From Coraliomargarita sp. (GTDB taxonomy: Bacteria > Verrucomicrobiota > Verrucomicrobiia > Opitutales > Coraliomargaritaceae): a DNA stretch of 64,000 bases. Numbering within the stretch: the first letter of the stretch is position 1; the number at the start of each line of letters is the position of its first letter. Shown in pieces: positions 30,212 to 43,316 of this stretch. The notes below the pieces were generated by a model. It searched no databases and had not been told where the DNA came from. It saw only the letters and a list, made by a program, of their open reading frames with translations. The stretch covers positions 2,688,001 to 2,752,000 of the forward strand of contig OZ244160.1 in assembly GCA_965216325.1 (NCBI GenBank), written 5' to 3'. The translations under genes and the position numbers were made by a program.

Positions 30212-30913
30212 TTATAGTCTCCAGCCGGTGACTATTAGCTCTTCGACGCTGGGTGCGTCGTCGGCATAGGGGGTGGGATCTTCAACCGCTGCCAAGTGGA
30301 AGGCTTCGCGACGTTCGATACAGGTGCCGCAGCGACCGCAGTGGATTTCGCCGCCCTTGTAGCAGGACCAGGTTTGTTCGAAGGGCACGCCGAGTTCGGC
30401 ACCGCGGCGAACGATGTCAGCTTTGGTCCAGTCGACAAAGGGGCGGTTGAGCTCGACCTGATCCCAGTCGCAGAGCCGGATCGCTTCGGCCATGGCGTCG
30501 GCAAACTCGTTGCGGCAGTCGGGATAGATCGCGTGGTCGCCGCTATGTGCGGCGTAGGCGACCTGATCCGCCTTGATCGAGAGGGCATGGCCGGTGGCGA
30601 CGGCGAGAAAGATCATATTCCGATTGGGCACGACCGTGCTCTTCATATTTTCCTCGGTGTAGTGGCCTTCGGCGACTTCGATTTCCGGCGACGTTAGGCT
30701 GCTGCCTGCCAAAAGTGGCTGAATGGCAGATAGATCCGCAGTTTGGTGCGGCACATCAATGGCATTGCAGATGGCCGCCGCGCGCTCCAGTTCGCAGCGG
30801 TGGCGTTGTCCGTAATCGATCGAAAGTGCGTGGACTTGCTGGCCGACGGCGCGCAAGTGATACAGGAGGACGGTGGAATCGAGACCGCCGGAATATATTA
30901 ATACAGATTTCAT
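30212..30913 (-). CDS. queC: 7-cyano-7-deazaguanine synthase
   Basis: SGGLDS, VPNRN, YPDCR, TWSCY...CGRCGTC. Confidence 0.98.
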   Translation of the reverse strand: MKSVLIYSGGLDSTVLLYHLRAVGQQVHALSIDYGQRHRCELERAAAICNAIDVPHQTADLSAIQPLLAGSSLTSPEIEVAEGHYTEENMKSTVVPNRNMIFLAVATGHALSIKADQVAYAAHSGDHAIYPDCRNEFADAMAEAIRLCDWDQVELNRPFVDWTKADIVRRGAELGVPFEQTWSCYKGGEIHCGRCGTCIERREAFHLAAVEDPTPYADDAPSVEELIVTGWRL

Positions 30914-30985
30914 GAATTCAGTGAGTGCCGGACTGGTTAGCGGCGCCCTGGGAATTCGTTAGCAGGGCGTTGACCGGACCCGCTA
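30914..30985 (-). ncRNA. Candidate structured 5' leader of queC
   Basis: 7-bp stem CGCCCUG/CAGGGCG, outer GUCCGG/CCGG(C)AC stem, GCUAAC occurring twice. Confidence 0.35.
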
Positions 30986-31127
30986 GACTGCCTTGGTGCC
31001 CGTGGGGGGCAAGACTAAAGGGAAGAGGCGTGACAAGGGCGTCACAAAATCAAATTGTAGCTTGCCAGCATTTGGGCGTGGGCTAGGTTTTGCTCGTTTT
31101 GAGCAAGCCAATATGCCCGGCAGCCAA

Positions 31128-31682
<555 letters not shown>

Positions 31683-31687
31683 GACTT

Positions 31688-32296
31688 ATGGCGGACAATG
31701 AATTTGCTCTCTTGAAAGAGCGCTTTGAGTTTCTCACCGAGCGGGAATCTGCGGACCACCTTGCGGTCAATTGCTCGGCTGAGAAGATGATTGAATTCTT
31801 CACCGCGCTGCGTGATGAGTTTGCATATGACCTCTTGGTCGACGTGACTGCGGTTGATTGGGATGCGCAGAGCCCGCGCTTTACCGGTATCTATCACATC
31901 CTTTCGACGACGAAGCACGAATACATCCGTGTCGCAGTCGATTGTGAGGACGATATCAACCCGAGCCTGCCATCGCTTGCAAAGTTGTATCCTGCGGCGA
32001 ATTGGCACGAGCGTGAGACTTACGACTTGATGGGCATACGCTACGAGGGGCACCCGGATTTGAAGCGTATCCTCATGTGGGACGACTATCCATACCACCC
32101 GCTGCGCAAGGAATTTCCGCTGGCTGGTATCGAAACACCATTTCCGGCGGACGACGTTGCGGCATCTGTGGATGCCAAGGTGCTACCTGCTCCGATGATG
32201 GGCGGACCATTCGTTTCATCAGCCGATGGCCCCATGAGCCAGACCGAGCCACAGGCGAAGGATGAGAGCTGGACCGAAAAGGAGGAGAACCGCTAA
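31688..32296 (+). CDS. nuoC: NADH-quinone oxidoreductase subunit C
   Basis: ANWHERETYDLMGI, GHPDLKRIL, HPLRKEFP. Confidence 0.97.
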   Translation: MADNEFALLKERFEFLTERESADHLAVNCSAEKMIEFFTALRDEFAYDLLVDVTAVDWDAQSPRFTGIYHILSTTKHEYIRVAVDCEDDINPSLPSLAKLYPAANWHERETYDLMGIRYEGHPDLKRILMWDDYPYHPLRKEFPLAGIETPFPADDVAASVDAKVLPAPMMGGPFVSSADGPMSQTEPQAKDESWTEKEENR

Positions 32297-32297
32297 G

Positions 32298-33539
32298 ATG
32301 GCGAAGACGACCAAAGAAATTTCAATCGGCGATCTCGGCGCACGTGCGGGTGACGCACACAGTGAGCTGCAAGGCGAGCGCATGGCGCTTAACGTCGGCC
32401 CGTCGCACCCAACAACGCACGGTGTGCTCCGTTTGTTGATGGAGCTCGACGGTGACACCATCACTAAGTGTGAGCCGGTTATTGGCTATTTGCACCGTGG
32501 TGACGAGAAGCTGGCCGAGAATATGACTTACAACCAGTTCGTGCCCTACACAGACCGACTGGACTATCTCGCGCCCCTTTCCAACAACGTCGCCTATGCG
32601 ATGACTGTTGAGAAGATTGCGAACCTCACCGTTCCGGAACGCTGCCAAGCGATTCGCGTGCTCTGCTGCGAGTTGGCACGTATTTCATCGCACTTGCTCG
32701 GGGTCGGGGTTTATGGCATGGACGCCGGTGCATGGACCGTGTTCATGTATACCTTCACCGAACGTGAGAAACTCTACACACTCTTTGAAGAGCTAACAGG
32801 TGCGCGTTTCACCACCAGTTACACACGTATTGGTGGGGTGGCTCGCGACATCCCGAACGGCTGGCTCGGTCGCGTGAGTGATTTCTGCAATGGCGTGCTG
32901 CCGGTACTCGACCAAGTCGACAAGCTGCTTACTCGTAACCGTATCTTTATGGACCGCACCGTTGGTATCGGTGCGATCTCCAAGGAGATGGCGATTGCCA
33001 ATGGTCTGACTGGCCCGAACTTGCGCGCGTGTGGTGTCGACCTTGACCTGCGCAAGGATAAGCCATACCTCGGTTACGAAAACTACGATTTCGATGTGCC
33101 GATCGGTACTACGGGCGACTGCTACGACCGCTACCTCATGCGTGCGGAAGAAATTCGTCAGTCGGTGCGCATCGTTCGTCAGGTGATCGATAAGTTCCCG
33201 GAAGGCCCTTACTACGCAGAGGAAGCGAAGAAGATCTTCTCTCCGCCAAAGGCGAAGGTGCTGACCAGCATGGAGGAACTGATTCAGAACTTCATGATCA
33301 CCACCGAAGGTCCGCAGATCCCTGCCGGCGAAGCTTACTTTGAAGCAGAAAATCCAAAGGGTGCACTCGGTTTCTACTGTGTCTCCAAGGGGGGCGGTGT
33401 CCCATATCGCCTGAAAATCCGTGGCCCGTCCTTCTGCTCCCTGAGTATTCTCGAAGAACTGGTGCCTGGTCACCACATGACTGATATTACCGTGATCCTT
33501 GGTTCGCTCGACTTCGTGATGGGCGAATGTGATCGATAA
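32298..33539 (+). CDS. nuoD: NADH-quinone oxidoreductase subunit D
   Basis: GPSHPTTHGVLR, GYLHRG, DRLDY, C-terminal GECDR. Confidence 0.98.
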   Translation: MAKTTKEISIGDLGARAGDAHSELQGERMALNVGPSHPTTHGVLRLLMELDGDTITKCEPVIGYLHRGDEKLAENMTYNQFVPYTDRLDYLAPLSNNVAYAMTVEKIANLTVPERCQAIRVLCCELARISSHLLGVGVYGMDAGAWTVFMYTFTEREKLYTLFEELTGARFTTSYTRIGGVARDIPNGWLGRVSDFCNGVLPVLDQVDKLLTRNRIFMDRTVGIGAISKEMAIANGLTGPNLRACGVDLDLRKDKPYLGYENYDFDVPIGTTGDCYDRYLMRAEEIRQSVRIVRQVIDKFPEGPYYAEEAKKIFSPPKAKVLTSMEELIQNFMITTEGPQIPAGEAYFEAENPKGALGFYCVSKGGGVPYRLKIRGPSFCSLSILEELVPGHHMTDITVILGSLDFVMGECDR

Positions 33540-33540
33540 G

Positions 33541-33641
33541 AAGTTAGAATTTAGAAGTTAGAATTTAGGAGGGCACAGAGCATAGAGCATTAGGAAAACA
33601 TCATGTTAGACTATCTTCTAACTCCTGCCTTCTAACTACTT
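33541..33641. repeat. Inverted pair of 7-nt arrays (TTAGAAG/CTTCTAA) inside the nuo operon
   Basis: aagttagaatttagaagttagaatttagga ... cttctaactcctgccttctaact. Confidence 0.7.
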
Positions 33642-33647
33642 AAGACA

Positions 33648-34145
33648 ATGAATTTAAAACCCGAAACGATTGAAAAAATCGACAAGCTGGTGCCGCGCTA
33701 TCCGACGATGCGCAGTGCGGCGCTTCCGCTCTGTCACCTCGTTCAGGAAGATCAGGGCTACCTCTCCAACGAAGCAATGGAGTGGATCGCAGACCGCTTG
33801 GAACTGCAACCGATCAACATCATCGAGATCGTCACGTTCTATCCAATGCTGCGCACTGAACCGACTGGTAAATACCATGTCCGCGTTTGCCGCACACTTC
33901 CGTGCGCATTGTCCGGTGCTTACAAGACCTGTGCACGCTTGGAGGAGGAACTCAATGTCAAGGTCGGCCACACCAGCGAAGACGGTCTGGTCACATTGGA
34001 ATACGTCGAGTGCCACGCCGACTGCGGCCGCGCACCCGTTGTGATGGTTGGTGAGGAAGAATACACCGACATCGATCCCGACAAGGCCAGCGAACTCGCA
34101 GCCAAGATGAAGTCCGGCGACCTTTCGACCGGTATCCCCAGTTAA
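33648..34145 (+). CDS. nuoE: NADH-quinone oxidoreductase subunit E
   Basis: TFYPM, VCRTLPC and ECHADC 2Fe-2S ligands. Confidence 0.96.
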   Translation: MNLKPETIEKIDKLVPRYPTMRSAALPLCHLVQEDQGYLSNEAMEWIADRLELQPINIIEIVTFYPMLRTEPTGKYHVRVCRTLPCALSGAYKTCARLEEELNVKVGHTSEDGLVTLEYVECHADCGRAPVVMVGEEEYTDIDPDKASELAAKMKSGDLSTGIPS

Positions 34146-34162
34146 CTTTTATTCGATCAGCG

Positions 34163-35530
<1,368 letters not shown>

Positions 35531-35532
35531 TC

Positions 35533-37254
35533 ATGAGCGATCAGAGCCAAAACGATCTGATTACCATCAATATTGATGGTCAGGACATCGACGTCCCGAA
35601 AGGGATCAACATCATTGAGGCAGTGAAGCTGGTGGGCAAGGGCAAGGAAGTCCCTCACTATTGCTATCACCCGAAACTCTCCATCGCCGGTAACTGCCGC
35701 ATGTGCATGGTTGAGATGGGCATGCCGATGCGTGACCGTGCCACCGGCGAGCCAGTCGTCGACGAGAACGGCTTGCAGAAGATTGGTTGGATGCCAAAGC
35801 CGACCATCGGTTGTGCGACCAACGCGGCACCGGGCATGCACATCCGCACGAACTCTCCGATGGTGAAGGAGTCGCGCAATGGTGTGACTGAGTTCCTGTT
35901 GATTAATCACCCGCTGGATTGCCCGATTTGCGACCAAGCAGGTGAGTGCCGACTCCAAGAGTTCTCCGCTGAGCACGGCCGTGGCGAGAGCCGCTTCATC
36001 GAGCAGAAGAATGTGAAGCCAAAGCGCACCAAGGTGGGACCGCGAGTGACACTCGACGACGAACGCTGCATCCTGTGCTCCCGTTGCATTCGCTTTTCCA
36101 AGGAAATCGCGGGTGATGACTGCCTCGGCTTTGTCGATCGCGGCACCTATTCAACGCTGACGACCTATCCTGGTAAGGAGCTAGAGCACAATTACTCGCT
36201 CAACACCGTGGATATCTGCCCGGTTGGCGCGCTGACCAGTACCGACTTCCGTTTCAAGATGCGTGTTTGGTTCCTCAAGCGCACCAACAGCATCTGCACC
36301 GAAAGTAGTGTGGGCGCGAATACAACGATCTGGAGCCGTGAAGGTAAGATCTATCGTGTGACTCCGCGTCGCAACGATGCGGTGAACGACACTTGGATGA
36401 CTGACTCCGGCCGTGAGCTTTTTAAGGACATCGATTCCGATGATCGCCTCACACACTATACAGTCGATGGTGTCCACAAGAAGGCCGACGAAGCTGCGGC
36501 TGCTGCGGTGGATCTGCTCAAGGGCGGCGAGGTTGCGATTGTTGCGTCCGCACACAGTTCGGTTGAAGAACAGTTTTTCTACAAGGCAATGGCCGAGCGC
36601 ACTGGTGCTTCGATCCACATGGTATCGAAGACAGGTGAGGGCGATGGCATCTTGCGGAGTGAAGACCGCACACCAAACATGCGTGGCGCCTTGCTCAATG
36701 GCCTGATTTCTGAGCTGCCTGCAGCTGAGTTGAGCCCATTGGCTCGCGACATCAGTTCTGGTTCGGTGAAGACACTGGTGGTCGTAAACGAAGACATCAC
36801 TACGCTCGGTGTTCCTGCAGATGTCCTCTCAAAGGCGAAGGTCATTTACTTCGGCACCCACACCAATGAAGTGAGCAAGGTTGCTGATGTGGTTTGCCCC
36901 TCACTCTCTGTTTTTGAAAAGGAAGGTTCGTTTGTGAATGTTTCCTTCCGCGTGCAGAAGTTTGCTGCCGCAGTTCCTGGCCCGAAGGGCATTCTGCCGG
37001 ATGTCGCCGTGCTCGAAAAGATCGTGGCGCCACTCGCCGATGAAAAGCCAGCTGCTCCAACCATGGATGCGATTTGGGAACGCATCGCGAAGAAGGTGAG
37101 CCAGTTCGGTGAACTGACATGGCGTGGAATTGGTGACGAAGGCACAGCCGTGGAGCCGACTGCATTCCTCGACTTGCCATTTACTGAAACCAAGAATCTG
37201 AAATTTGATCCTGACGCGTTCAAGGAGGCGCATGCTGCTCCCGCCGGAGCTTAA
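35533..37254 (+). CDS. nuoG: NADH-quinone oxidoreductase subunit G (short)
   Basis: HYCYHP, GNCRMC, NHPLDCPICDQAGEC, CILCSRCIRF, ICPVGAL. Confidence 0.96.
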   Translation: MSDQSQNDLITINIDGQDIDVPKGINIIEAVKLVGKGKEVPHYCYHPKLSIAGNCRMCMVEMGMPMRDRATGEPVVDENGLQKIGWMPKPTIGCATNAAPGMHIRTNSPMVKESRNGVTEFLLINHPLDCPICDQAGECRLQEFSAEHGRGESRFIEQKNVKPKRTKVGPRVTLDDERCILCSRCIRFSKEIAGDDCLGFVDRGTYSTLTTYPGKELEHNYSLNTVDICPVGALTSTDFRFKMRVWFLKRTNSICTESSVGANTTIWSREGKIYRVTPRRNDAVNDTWMTDSGRELFKDIDSDDRLTHYTVDGVHKKADEAAAAAVDLLKGGEVAIVASAHSSVEEQFFYKAMAERTGASIHMVSKTGEGDGILRSEDRTPNMRGALLNGLISELPAAELSPLARDISSGSVKTLVVVNEDITTLGVPADVLSKAKVIYFGTHTNEVSKVADVVCPSLSVFEKEGSFVNVSFRVQKFAAAVPGPKGILPDVAVLEKIVAPLADEKPAAPTMDAIWERIAKKVSQFGELTWRGIGDEGTAVEPTAFLDLPFTETKNLKFDPDAFKEAHAAPAGA

Positions 37255-37268
37255 GCAGAAAGCCTGAA

Positions 37269-38378
37269 ATGGAAATGATTGAACCTTATCTTCCCGTGGT
37301 CCTGCCGATCGTTTTTGCGGTCGCCATGATCTCCGTCTTCATGGGGCTTTGCAGTTACTCCGTTCTCGCGGAGCGCAAAGTATCCAGCTGGATTCAAGGA
37401 CGTGTCGGTCCGAATCGCACACGTATTCCGTTGATCGGTCATATCCCGATTCTGGGTAACTTGTTGACTGGTCTTGGTATCTTCCAGCCAGCGGCGGACG
37501 GTCTGAAGTTTCTGTTTAAAGAAGAAATCACACCGGGCCACGTTAAGACTGGCTATTACTACTTGGCGCCGATCCTCGCGCTGACTCCAGCGCTGACTAC
37601 TATGGTGGTGCTCCCATTCGGCCGCTACGTCGATGCCGATGGTATGGTGCAGCCACTAGCACTCGCCAACCTCGATGTCGGCATGCTCTTCATTCTCGCT
37701 GTGTCCTCACTCGGTGTCTATGGTATCGTGCTCGCAGGTTGGGCCTCCAACTCCAAGTATCCATTCCTCGGTGCAATTCGTGCATCGGCGCAGATGGTTT
37801 CCTACGAATTGGCAATGGGCCTCGCGATTCTTCCTGTCTTTATGTGGTCGGCAGCTCCAGGCTCCGAATATGGCATGAGCCTTTTCGGCGTGGTGCAGTC
37901 GCAGCAAAGCTGGTGGTTGATCATGTGGCAGCCGCTCTCTGCTTTGATCTTCCTGGTTGCACTCTTTGCAGAGACCAATCGCTTGCCATTCGATATGGCG
38001 GAGTCTGAAACTGACCTCGTGGGTGGGTTCCACACGGAGTATGGTTGCTTCAAGTTCGGCCTCTTCTTTGTGGCGGAATATGCGCACATCATCATGGGCT
38101 CGGCCCTGTTCGTGCTGCTCTTCCTCGGTGGTTGGAATGTCTTACCATTTGGTCTGGCGAATCCGTTTGGCGATGGCGTATTTGCGACATTGTTCTCGGT
38201 CGCATGGTTCATGGCGAAGGTCTTCTTCATGATCTTCTTCTTCATTTGGATTCGTTGGACGCTGCCACGCTTCCGTTATGACCAAGTGATGTCGCTTGGT
38301 TGGCGTATTTTGCTCCCACTGGCGATTGGTAACCTAGTCTTTAACACGATCCTGATCGCTCTGATCGATAACCTCTAA
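37269..38378 (+). CDS. nuoH: NADH-quinone oxidoreductase subunit H
   Basis: ERKV...RVGPN, ADGLK, AETNRLPFD, PRFRYDQ. Confidence 0.98.
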   Translation: MEMIEPYLPVVLPIVFAVAMISVFMGLCSYSVLAERKVSSWIQGRVGPNRTRIPLIGHIPILGNLLTGLGIFQPAADGLKFLFKEEITPGHVKTGYYYLAPILALTPALTTMVVLPFGRYVDADGMVQPLALANLDVGMLFILAVSSLGVYGIVLAGWASNSKYPFLGAIRASAQMVSYELAMGLAILPVFMWSAAPGSEYGMSLFGVVQSQQSWWLIMWQPLSALIFLVALFAETNRLPFDMAESETDLVGGFHTEYGCFKFGLFFVAEYAHIIMGSALFVLLFLGGWNVLPFGLANPFGDGVFATLFSVAWFMAKVFFMIFFFIWIRWTLPRFRYDQVMSLGWRILLPLAIGNLVFNTILIALIDNL

Positions 38379-38390
38379 ACGCGAAGCACT

Positions 38391-38942
38391 ATGGCGAAGA
38401 CAAAAGTCCTTGAACGTAAGCCGCTCAGTTTTGCGGAAAAGACCTTCCTGCCGCAGATTGCGACTGGTCTGAAGACGACGCTGGGCACGATGTTCCAGAA
38501 GTCGGTCACCTTGCAATATCCCGATGAGCGTCCGGTGATTCCGGATAACTATCGCGGTGTGCCGACCTTGGTCAAAGACCCGAACGGTCGTGAGAAGTGT
38601 GTATCCTGCCAGCTCTGTGAGTTTGTTTGCCCACCGAAGGCAATCCGCATCACACCAGGCGAGATCGATGCTGAGGCTGAACCGGATCGTGCGCACGTGG
38701 AGAAGGCTCCACAGGAGTTCGAGATCAACATGTTGCGCTGCATCTACTGTGGCTTCTGCCAAGAGGTTTGCCCGGAAGAGGCGATTTTCCTGCAAGACAT
38801 TTTCTCGCTCTCTGGTTACAGCCGCGAGGAGCTAGTGAACAATAAGAAGAAACTGTATGAGCTTGGCGGCACTTTGCCGGACAAGCACTTCAAGTGGGAC
38901 AAAAAGAAGGCCGCCGAAGAAGCGGGCAATGGACACCATTAA
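38391..38942 (+). CDS. nuoI: NADH-quinone oxidoreductase subunit I
   Basis: CVSCQLCEFVCP and CIYCGFCQEVCP. Confidence 0.97.
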   Translation: MAKTKVLERKPLSFAEKTFLPQIATGLKTTLGTMFQKSVTLQYPDERPVIPDNYRGVPTLVKDPNGREKCVSCQLCEFVCPPKAIRITPGEIDAEAEPDRAHVEKAPQEFEINMLRCIYCGFCQEVCPEEAIFLQDIFSLSGYSREELVNNKKKLYELGGTLPDKHFKWDKKKAAEEAGNGHH

Positions 38943-38957
38943 GACGGAAACTTTGTC

Positions 38958-39545
38958 ATGTTAGATATTCTATTCTACGTCTTTGCCGCGATCACGCTGG
39001 TATCGGCGCTTCTAATGGTCGTGAGCCCGAATGCGGTGAATGGCGCGATGTGCATGATCGTGTCCTTCGTTGGCACGGCTACGCTCTTCGTGCTGTTGGA
39101 GGCCTACTTCCTCGCGATTCTACAGGTGCTCGTGTATGCGGGTGCGGTGATGGTCCTCTTCCTCTTCATCATCATGTTGCTTAATGTCGATAAAGGCGAG
39201 GGCGGCGACTACGCGAACGTCAAGGGCAAGCTCGGACTCGCTGCTGCTGTAGTTGGATTTGCACTCCTTACAGTAATGGTGGTGTCCACCTTTGCGGGTA
39301 ATGAGGCGCTTCCTGAGCCGGGGCTCCAAGAAGTTGCTGCGAATCCTTCCGGCACCGGTGACGGCTTCGAGTTCACTAACTCCATGAAGTCCTTCGGTTA
39401 CAGTCTTTTCTCCAAATATATGCTGCCATTCCAAGTCGCCGGCTTCCTGCTGCTCGCAGGTATGATCGGTGTGATTGTGGTCAGCAAAAAATCGCCTGCT
39501 GAACTTGAAGCAGATGCCGCCAACGCACAGGAGGGCGACGCATAA
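38958..39545 (+). CDS. nuoJ: NADH-quinone oxidoreductase subunit J
   Basis: [20 protein letters not shown]. Confidence 0.97.
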   Translation: MLDILFYVFAAITLVSALLMVVSPNAVNGAMCMIVSFVGTATLFVLLEAYFLAILQVLVYAGAVMVLFLFIIMLLNVDKGEGGDYANVKGKLGLAAAVVGFALLTVMVVSTFAGNEALPEPGLQEVAANPSGTGDGFEFTNSMKSFGYSLFSKYMLPFQVAGFLLLAGMIGVIVVSKKSPAELEADAANAQEGDA

Positions 39546-39850
39546 TGACTGTCGGACTGAATGCTTTTCTACTGGTTTCCGGTTTGCTGTTCGCGATCGG
39601 GATGCTCGGGGTGATCCTGCGTCGCAATACGCTGGTGATCTACATGTCGCTTGAGCTGATGCTCAACGCGGTGAACCTCGCGCTAGTTACGTTCTCGCGT
39701 TACAACAACACGATGGACGGCAACATCTTCGTCTTCTTCATCATTACGGTGGCTGCTGCTGAAGTAGCTGTCGGTCTGGCAATCGTGGTGGCCTTGTTCC
39801 GCAAGCGCCAAACCGTGATCGTCGATCAACTGAATTCTTTGAGCAACTAA
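39545..39850 (+). CDS. nuoK: NADH-quinone oxidoreductase subunit K
   Basis: [22 protein letters not shown]. Confidence 0.98.
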   Translation: MTVGLNAFLLVSGLLFAIGMLGVILRRNTLVIYMSLELMLNAVNLALVTFSRYNNTMDGNIFVFFIITVAAAEVAVGLAIVVALFRKRQTVIVDQLNSLSN

Positions 39851-39854
39851 GACC

Positions 39855-41708
<1,854 letters not shown>

Positions 41709-41735
41709 CGCCACGGCTGAATACTTTAGAGAGCA

Positions 41736-43316
41736 ATGGATACAAATTCACTTTTCTTATTATTCACAATCTTCGCCCCCTTGGTGGCGGGTGTGATGTT
41801 GTTATTCGGTGCGCGGATGGGCCTGTCCACTGTGCGTGGACTTGCGGCGGCCGGTTTTGGTTGGCCGTTAATGATTGCGCTGGTTCTATACTCGCTCTTT
41901 GACCCGTCGTTGGCTGGAGGTTACAATTTTGAAGTTAAATTGGCGACTGGCTTGGAGTCGGTTGGCATCTGGCTGCACCTCGGTTTGAATGGTATCTCGA
42001 TGCCATTGTTTATGTTGGCGGCAGTGGTCGGTTTTGCCGCTGGCTTGTATGCGATGTATTCAAAGGCGGAGCGCCTGCACCTGTACTTGGCGCTGCTGCT
42101 GTTCATGCAAGGTGGCCTGATGGGCACTTTCGCATCGATTGATGTGTTCTTCTTCTACTTCTTCCACGAGTTCGCCTTGATCCCGACCTTCATCATGATC
42201 GGTCTTTGGGGCGGTGCGGGGCGTAAGCCTGCTGCAATTGAGATGACCATTTATCTCACGCTCGGTGCGATGCTATCGCTGCTGGGGCTGATCGCGCTCT
42301 ATGCAAATAGTGGCGCAGAGTCCTTCTCGTTGATCGCACTCCGTGATCACCTGTCCTCGGGATCGCTTTCGGAATCCGTGCAGAGTAACATTTTTGGCCT
42401 GCTACTCTTCGGCTTTGGTATTCTGGTCTCGCTGTTCCCATTCCACAGTTGGGCTCCCAAGGGATATGCGGTGGCTCCGAGTGGTGCAGCTATGCTTCAC
42501 GCGGGTGTGCTGAAGAAATTCGGTCTGTATGGTTTGCTCCAGCTTGGCTATCCGCTGCTTCCATCGGGGGCCGAGCAATGGTTCCCTTGGATCGTTTGGT
42601 TGGCACTCGGTAACATTGTTATCATCGGCCTCGTGACCATCGCACAGCGTGACCTCAAGATGATGCTCGGTTACAGCTCGGTGATGCATATGGGGTATGC
42701 GTTTCTCGGTATCGCTTGTTTCTCGATTGTGGGTGTTGGTGGTGCGCTCCTGATGATGGTGGCCCACGGCCTTTCAGTTGCATTGCTCTTCATGCTGGCA
42801 ACCTGCATTCACCATCGCTCTGGCACTTTTGACATGCAGTCGATGGGGGGCTTGGCGCGTAAGGCACCGGTGTTGGCTGGCTTCTTTGTAGCGGCTTCGA
42901 TGGCGAGTATCGGTCTGCCGGGCTTTGGTAACTTCTGGGGGGAATTCACGATTTTTGCGGCACTTGCAGAGGATCCGGCAACCCAATGGATTTTGGTGCC
43001 TGCTGCACTGGGCATTATTATTTCCGCGATCTATGGCCTCCGTGCAGTTGCGAGCATCTTCTTCGGTGAGCCAACTGAGGTGATGGCACCCAAGCTTGAA
43101 GATGAGACTGTCGCTGATCTGAAAGCACACGAACGCCTCCCTGCAACGGTTTTGGTTGTGGCGCTGGTTGTCGTGGGGCTATTCCCACGCTTGCTGTCCG
43201 ATTTTGCTGATCGAGAACTGGCACACATTTATAAAGATGCGGGGGAGTTGCCCGCACATGAGATGACTGTATCCAATCAAGCTGTGGAAGCTCACGGCGA
43301 GGAGGGAACACACTAA
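41736..43316 (+). CDS. nuoM: NADH-quinone oxidoreductase subunit M
   Basis: Antiporter-like subunit: FPFHSW, YSSVMHMG, GLPGFGNFWGEF; operon position. Confidence 0.95.
   Translation: MDTNSLFLLFTIFAPLVAGVMLLFGARMGLSTVRGLAAAGFGWPLMIALVLYSLFDPSLAGGYNFEVKLATGLESVGIWLHLGLNGISMPLFMLAAVVGFAAGLYAMYSKAERLHLYLALLLFMQGGLMGTFASIDVFFFYFFHEFALIPTFIMIGLWGGAGRKPAAIEMTIYLTLGAMLSLLGLIALYANSGAESFSLIALRDHLSSGSLSESVQSNIFGLLLFGFGILVSLFPFHSWAPKGYAVAPSGAAMLHAGVLKKFGLYGLLQLGYPLLPSGAEQWFPWIVWLALGNIVIIGLVTIAQRDLKMMLGYSSVMHMGYAFLGIACFSIVGVGGALLMMVAHGLSVALLFMLATCIHHRSGTFDMQSMGGLARKAPVLAGFFVAASMASIGLPGFGNFWGEFTIFAALAEDPATQWILVPAALGIIISAIYGLRAVASIFFGEPTEVMAPKLEDETVADLKAHERLPATVLVVALVVVGLFPRLLSDFADRELAHIYKDAGELPAHEMTVSNQAVEAHGEEGTH

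Noticed and set aside
28904..30913. queCDE as part of a dpd 7-deazaguanine DNA modification island
   Set aside because: No dpdA/tgtA5 or other dpd genes, and housekeeping context favours tRNA queuosine synthesis
30914..30985. Canonical preQ1-I, II or III riboswitch
   Set aside because: No short hairpin with an A-rich tail or other class signature; kept only as an unclassified candidate
35533..37254. Short NuoG lacking the N7 cluster cysteines
   Set aside because: N7 is absent from many complex I enzymes and the C-terminal region is variable; frame is intact
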